Below are positions 63,956-64,000 of a DNA stretch of 64,000 bases, piece by piece; positions within the stretch are counted from its first letter, which is position 1; every line of letters starts with the position of its first letter. The translations under genes were made by a program, and so were the position numbers. Below the pieces are notes generated by a model, which worked only from the letters and a program-made list of their open reading frames with translations, made no database searches and was not told the DNA's origin. This DNA is from Eledone cirrhosa (Eukaryota): NCBI GenBank assembly GCA_964016885.1, contig OZ024766.1:16058001-16122000 (forward strand). The letters are read 5' to 3'.

Positions 63956-64000
63956 TTCTTTAGATGCTTCTTGGTATGTGCTGCACTCTTCCACCAAATC
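63931..64000 (-). mobile_element. Helitron fragment, start of a third cassette (truncated by window end)
   Basis: Homologous to 14993-15062 and 55280-55349. Confidence 0.9.

Overview
Eukaryotic, AT-rich DNA. The ZNF repeat type ([15 protein letters not shown]) and the SINE family resemble coleoid cephalopod (Octopus-like) sequence; this is my recognition, not a database result. About 75% of the window is one 82-bp satellite in three arrays: 1-~15000 (>=183 units, cut by the window edge), 22132-~55300 (~404 units) and 63383-63955 (7 units). Each array sits inside a decayed Helitron RepHel reading frame on the minus strand, and the monomer is itself 27 codons + 1 nt of that frame. Between the arrays lie two copies of a ~7.1-7.4-kb cassette, with a third starting at the right edge. 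Each cassette contains a Helitron fragment, SINE pieces, a putative 5' exon/intron with a 115-bp minisatellite, a SINE, an RTE-LINE fragment, an intact C2H2 zinc-finger ORF (14 and 17 fingers, no effector domain), dead fingers and two fold-back palindromes. The cassettes are near-identical outside the finger arrays, but the DNA-recognition helices of the two ZNF paralogues are almost completely different. The overall architecture is a tandem ZNF gene cluster whose repeat unit carries a Helitron-born satellite varying ~60-fold in length.
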